A stretch of 64,000 nt of DNA from positions 39,744,001-39,808,000 of the forward strand of contig CM052816.1 in NCBI GenBank assembly GCA_028534125.1. The letters run 5' to 3'. A model generated the notes under the pieces. It saw only the letters and a program-made list of their open reading frames with translations. It was not told the origin of the DNA and ran no database searches. Source of the DNA: Lama glama (Eukaryota). Each line of letters opens with the position of its first letter. Within the stretch, counting starts at the first letter, position 1. Shown here piece after piece: positions 63,100-64,000 of the stretch. The position numbers and the translations under genes are program-made.

Positions 63100-63730
63100 A
63101 AGTGTTAATACACACACATACACACACAAACACACATGTAACACAAAATTAAAACTATACTGAATGGAATCTTGTAAAAAGTAAGTTTCCTTTACATCCT
63201 ATCTCCTATTCCTCTCCTCCTCCATAACTACTAATTATTCCTCCAGAAATATTCTCTACATATGCAAATACCACCTTGTTACACAAGAGGCTCCAATACA
63301 CATTTTTTGTCTTCACTTAACATTATAACTTGAAACTAATTCCATTTCAGTATATGTAGAAGTAGCCTCATACATTTTAATGATGGCATAATATTTTATA
63401 TAATATTATATATGGATAAATCACGATTTTTTTCAACTGGTCCCATATGGATAGAGAGATGATAACTTAGATTGCTTCTACTCTCTTGCTTTCACTCCTA
63501 GTTATAAATGAATATCCTTTCACATATATAACTGCACCTATATATGAATATATCTGCCAAACAGATTTATTAGATTTAACCTCCAAAGAAGAAACGGTTA
63601 ATTTACACTCTTCCCAATGAGTGTATGAAAACAAGGCTACCCGTAACTGCTCACCTTTGCTTCTCAAATTGTATATTCCTTCATAATGGCAAAATTTCAT
63701 CTGTTTTAATTGTTTCACTGCTATACTTTT
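63100..63730 (-). mobile_element. Old L1ME/L1MC-type 3' fragment
   Basis: 'ttcacttaacattataacttgaaactaattccatttcagtatatgtagaagtagcctcat…tttaatgatggcataatatt…aatttacactcttcccaatgagtgtatga'. Confidence 0.75.
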
Positions 63731-64000
63731 TCTGACTACCAATTCTGCCTCAGAATCAGCTTTCTCCATCTTGATCAAATACACTGGTATCTTAACACTT
63801 TCCCCCTTGCTGCCCTTCATGGGAATAATCACTTATAGAAAGCCTAAATGTAGAACTCTGTAAGCACATCGCTATTTGTTTTCTACTGCTTGGTTTATTG
63901 CTAAATCATGAAGTGGAGATTAATTAAGCTCTTTGTGTTTAGTTTACTCTTTAATGTCATTTTTGTATTACAATCATCCTTTGAGTTTTAGGAAAAAATA

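Noticed and set aside
1..64000. Protein-coding genes from the six-frame ORF track
   Set aside because: The ORFs are short (60-177 aa) and AT-biased, overlap on both strands, and either lie in repeats or resemble no protein family I recognise. There is no consistent chain of in-frame exons.
1..64000. CRISPR array, prokaryotic operon or novel defence system
   Set aside because: The sequence is mammalian. There is no regularly spaced repeat-spacer array, and the tandem duplications have only two copies with no spacers.

Overview
AT-rich, CpG-depleted mammalian genomic DNA, very likely camelid (camel/alpaca/llama). The basis is a tRNA-Ala-derived Vic-1-type SINE and Cetartiodactyla/camelid-type LINE-1 3' ends. 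It reads as intergenic or deep-intronic sequence. I found no convincing protein-coding gene. The only ORFs with recognisable products are decayed LINE-1 ORF2 (11.7-14.2 kb, 36.6-36.9 kb) and LINE-1 ORF1 (about 59.8-60.1 kb) remnants. Much of the window is interspersed repeat: young and old L1, L2, MIR, MaLR (MLT1) LTRs, hAT-Charlie MITEs (MER58, MER20, MER5) and microsatellites. Repeat subfamily names come from recalled consensus sequences, and boundaries of old repeats are approximate. Items worth a second look: (i) a 117-nt minus-strand exon candidate with textbook splice sites but no open frame; (ii) all 8 young L1 copies are on + while most old L1ME/MB copies are on -; (iii) five L1 copies break at the same 3'UTR G-rich tract; (iv) candidate CTCF sites, including a divergent pair; (v) CpG-retaining candidate enhancer/promoter patches; (vi) an unexplained 24-38 bp dispersed repeat 2.48 kb apart. 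I see no evidence for a genuinely new biological system.
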